Positions 61,575-64,000 of a stretch of DNA of 64,000 nucleotides are shown in pieces; positions within the stretch are counted from its first letter, which is position 1; each line of letters opens with the position of its first letter. Both the position numbers and the translations under genes were made by a program. Source of the DNA: Lingula anatina (taxonomy: Eukaryota; Animalia; Brachiopoda); the NCBI GenBank assembly GCA_051362555.1, contig CM120641.1, positions 26,170,401-26,234,400 on the forward strand. The letters run 5' to 3'. The notes below the pieces were generated by a model. That model saw nothing but the letters and a program-made list of their open reading frames with translations. It was not told the DNA's origin and did not search any database.

Positions 61575-61939
61575 AATCTGGCACCGGGTATAGGTCCAGA
61601 AGGTCACTTTCTATTTGCCAAACCAACTATACATTCTTAAGCTTTAATTATGTATTTAAACCAATTATGCCTTTATGCAATTGGCGTGTAAACCAAGTTT
61701 AAAGTTAATAAGTAGAATAGGGTAAATTATTATGTTTTTTTTTTTGGAAAAACCTAGAGGAACAAGTGTTTTTAGAAGTGAAATGGGTCAAAAAGCCCAT
61801 TTCTGGTGACCAAACTGGGCTGAGGAATTTCACCATTTATGGAAAACCATATAAAGCATGTGTAATAATATATAAGTATAACCCTGCATTGAATTAGGAT
61901 TGGTGAAAATCAAACATTTTGATTAACAGGTGTTTTCCA

Positions 61940-62450
61940 TGGCTGATATTGATGCATAACATGCACGCTCGGCTGTCACCTTGATTGGATAGTAAACGAT
62001 TGTCGTAAAATCGCTGTTTGATGTTAAAACCGGGTGCATAAATTTGAAAACCACCTAGAACAACCTTAGACTGCCACATTAATCTAATACAATGCAAAAA
62101 AGCCCTATCGAAAGTGGTCAAAGCATTCAAACCGAATGTCGTAAGTCCCCATATACAAATAGAGTAAGCTTGTGAAACAAGATTCTAGGCCTTGGCCCCC
62201 TCCCCTGGCGAATCCTAGATCTACAAACCAAGATTCTGGATTTATGTTTCCGTTTCTTTTGTGGTGGCTCATTGGTCTGTGAGCAAACTGCCATGGTTGG
62301 ACACCTTACTCGTTGAACCGGTCCTTGAGTAAGTATAATATTGCAGTATCGGTGGCGAATTTGCGCACATTCTGGTTTAGTTTCAGCACGTGTGGAAATG
62401 TCTTGCTTACAGTGGTAGGACTGTAAACCCGGGAAAGAGGGACCGAAAAG
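61940..62450. promoter_or_regulatory. CpG-enriched promoter-like region
   Basis: Raised CpG density, ATTGG/CCAAT boxes (~61984, ~62271), Sp-like CCCCTCCCC (~62197), TGCGCA (~62362) and E-box CACGTG (~62387). It may serve the minus-strand gene and/or an unresolved plus-strand gene. Confidence 0.45.
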
Positions 62451-64000
62451 AAAGTCTACAGACAAGTACACAAGTTGAACAAGTTTTTGTTGGCCCTGTT
62501 TCAGTAAGAAGTTATACATGTTTCTAATGCATTCACATAATTTTGAAAGCATTCTATCAATAAGCAGAGAGTGCATGTACTAGTATGTAGTGGGGAATGT
62601 GTTGCTTGACAGCTATTCTTAGCTCATTTGAAAATAAAGGAAAGTAGATATATTAAGGTCACATACTTGTTCTTTGATTTGTGTTTTTTATTCAAAGTCC
62701 TACTTTGAAAATTGAATTGTACAAAGATACTAAAACAAAATGCTATTTTAGGAGAATCCAGACGATTCAGAAAAAGGTCACTTTTTATTAGGCAGATCAT
62801 TTTAAATTGCTTGTTACTCAACAATTTTTATTTTATTTTAGTTGGAGGTCGGAATTTTTTTTCCAAAAATAATGACTTCATTTTCACTTTTAATATAATC
62901 CAGCTTTTTAAACTAACAGGTCATTTATATACACATATCACCAGCTACAATTTGTCAGTTTCATGCCAGTTTATGAATAAATCAAGTTAAATAACTTGTA
63001 TGGAAAGATGAAATCTTCAGGAGTAGACAGGCACCTAAAAATAAAGTTTTCATCTGGGACTTAAACCATTTGGGTTTAACAATTTATAACCTATTGCGAG
63101 CATCTTTTTTTACTCTTATGTCTGTACATTTCACAGCTTTGCTACCTTGTTTTTAAGGCATCGCCTTTATTTGGCACCAATTTCTAACATACTTTTTACC
63201 AGCTCTTCAAAGAAAAAACAGTTTCCTTGTTATCACAGCCTGAGGAGGCTTTTTCCAAGAGCCAAAGTTAGATGACGGGTGTAATTGAAGACTTTTGGTG
63301 CGACTCAGCCGTGGAGTCTCAATGCCTCACAAATCCTTTACCATTTTTTGCTGAGATTTGAATTAAAAGTACATAAGGACTCACCATGTTTACATTAGAG
63401 AAAAAACTTAGCTACAACTGAACGATTGGGCATGCAGAAAGTTAATTGGGATGAGGTTGGCTCGTGGCAAAAACTAGCCTAAGTATTTGCATGCAGTCAC
63501 AAATAGCGATGCTTTCCAGCAAGAAAGCGCAGGCTGTGGTTTCACAGAAAAACATAAGTCAGGTTCCCTGGCTAAGAACTCAATTACCAAGGGTACATGT
63601 TCACATGGGCACATGGGTATCAGGAGCAGTGTAACAGCACTCTCATGGAAATCTTAGTCAACTACATTGTAGGCCAGGGAACTGACAATTTTTTTTTTTT
63701 TTTTTTTTTTGTGAAACTGGGGCCAGATCACAGCATGAAGAGTATTGGTGCATCCAGATGTTTATTGGGATTATGATCTTTGAAACTTTATTGTTAGATG
63801 GCTAATTTTCTAATGCATTGCATAAAGCCACAGTCCCATATACTATCTAGAAAAATATAGAAATCTTTATATGAAAAATTAAAAAGATGTTTTCTATTTA
63901 TTTCATTTTTGCTCAATCTTTTATACACTCAAACAAACACATAGATACATGCATTTACAATGATATCATGAAATATATATACACTGTACAGCAAAAAAAA

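Noticed and set aside
62127-62576. 149-aa minus-strand ORF containing an NLS-like PPQKKRKHK
   Set aside because: No recognisable domain; it overlaps a CpG-rich promoter-like region where stops are depleted, and I could not splice it convincingly to the 61071 exon.

Overview
AT-rich, intron-rich animal genomic DNA, probably from an invertebrate; the taxon cannot be fixed from sequence alone. I spliced four protein-coding loci by hand. (1) The 5' part of a PP2A B56 gamma/delta-type regulatory subunit gene (minus strand, runs off the left edge). (2) A complete 12-exon atlastin gene (minus). (3) A head-to-head 15-exon ZNF541/TRERF1/MIDEAS-family C2H2-ELM2-SANT gene (plus). (4) A convergent uncharacterised spliced gene (minus) whose C-terminal domain carries an intact PD-(D/E)XK restriction-endonuclease-like motif. 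Mobile DNA includes a young 5'-truncated Rex1-like LINE inserted inside the terminal inverted repeat (TIR) of a MITE with a 5-bp target site duplication (TSD), and three copies of a ~215-bp MITE with 3-bp TSDs. The most notable unexplained signals are a hidden candidate alternative first exon encoding YRPW + VLDLSxK corepressor-type motifs, an array of MNDPNxSPH / FxFP (ERK-docking-like) repeats in the same gene's N-terminus, and the REase-fold gene. All splice models and family calls come from manual reading and recall; no database searches were run.
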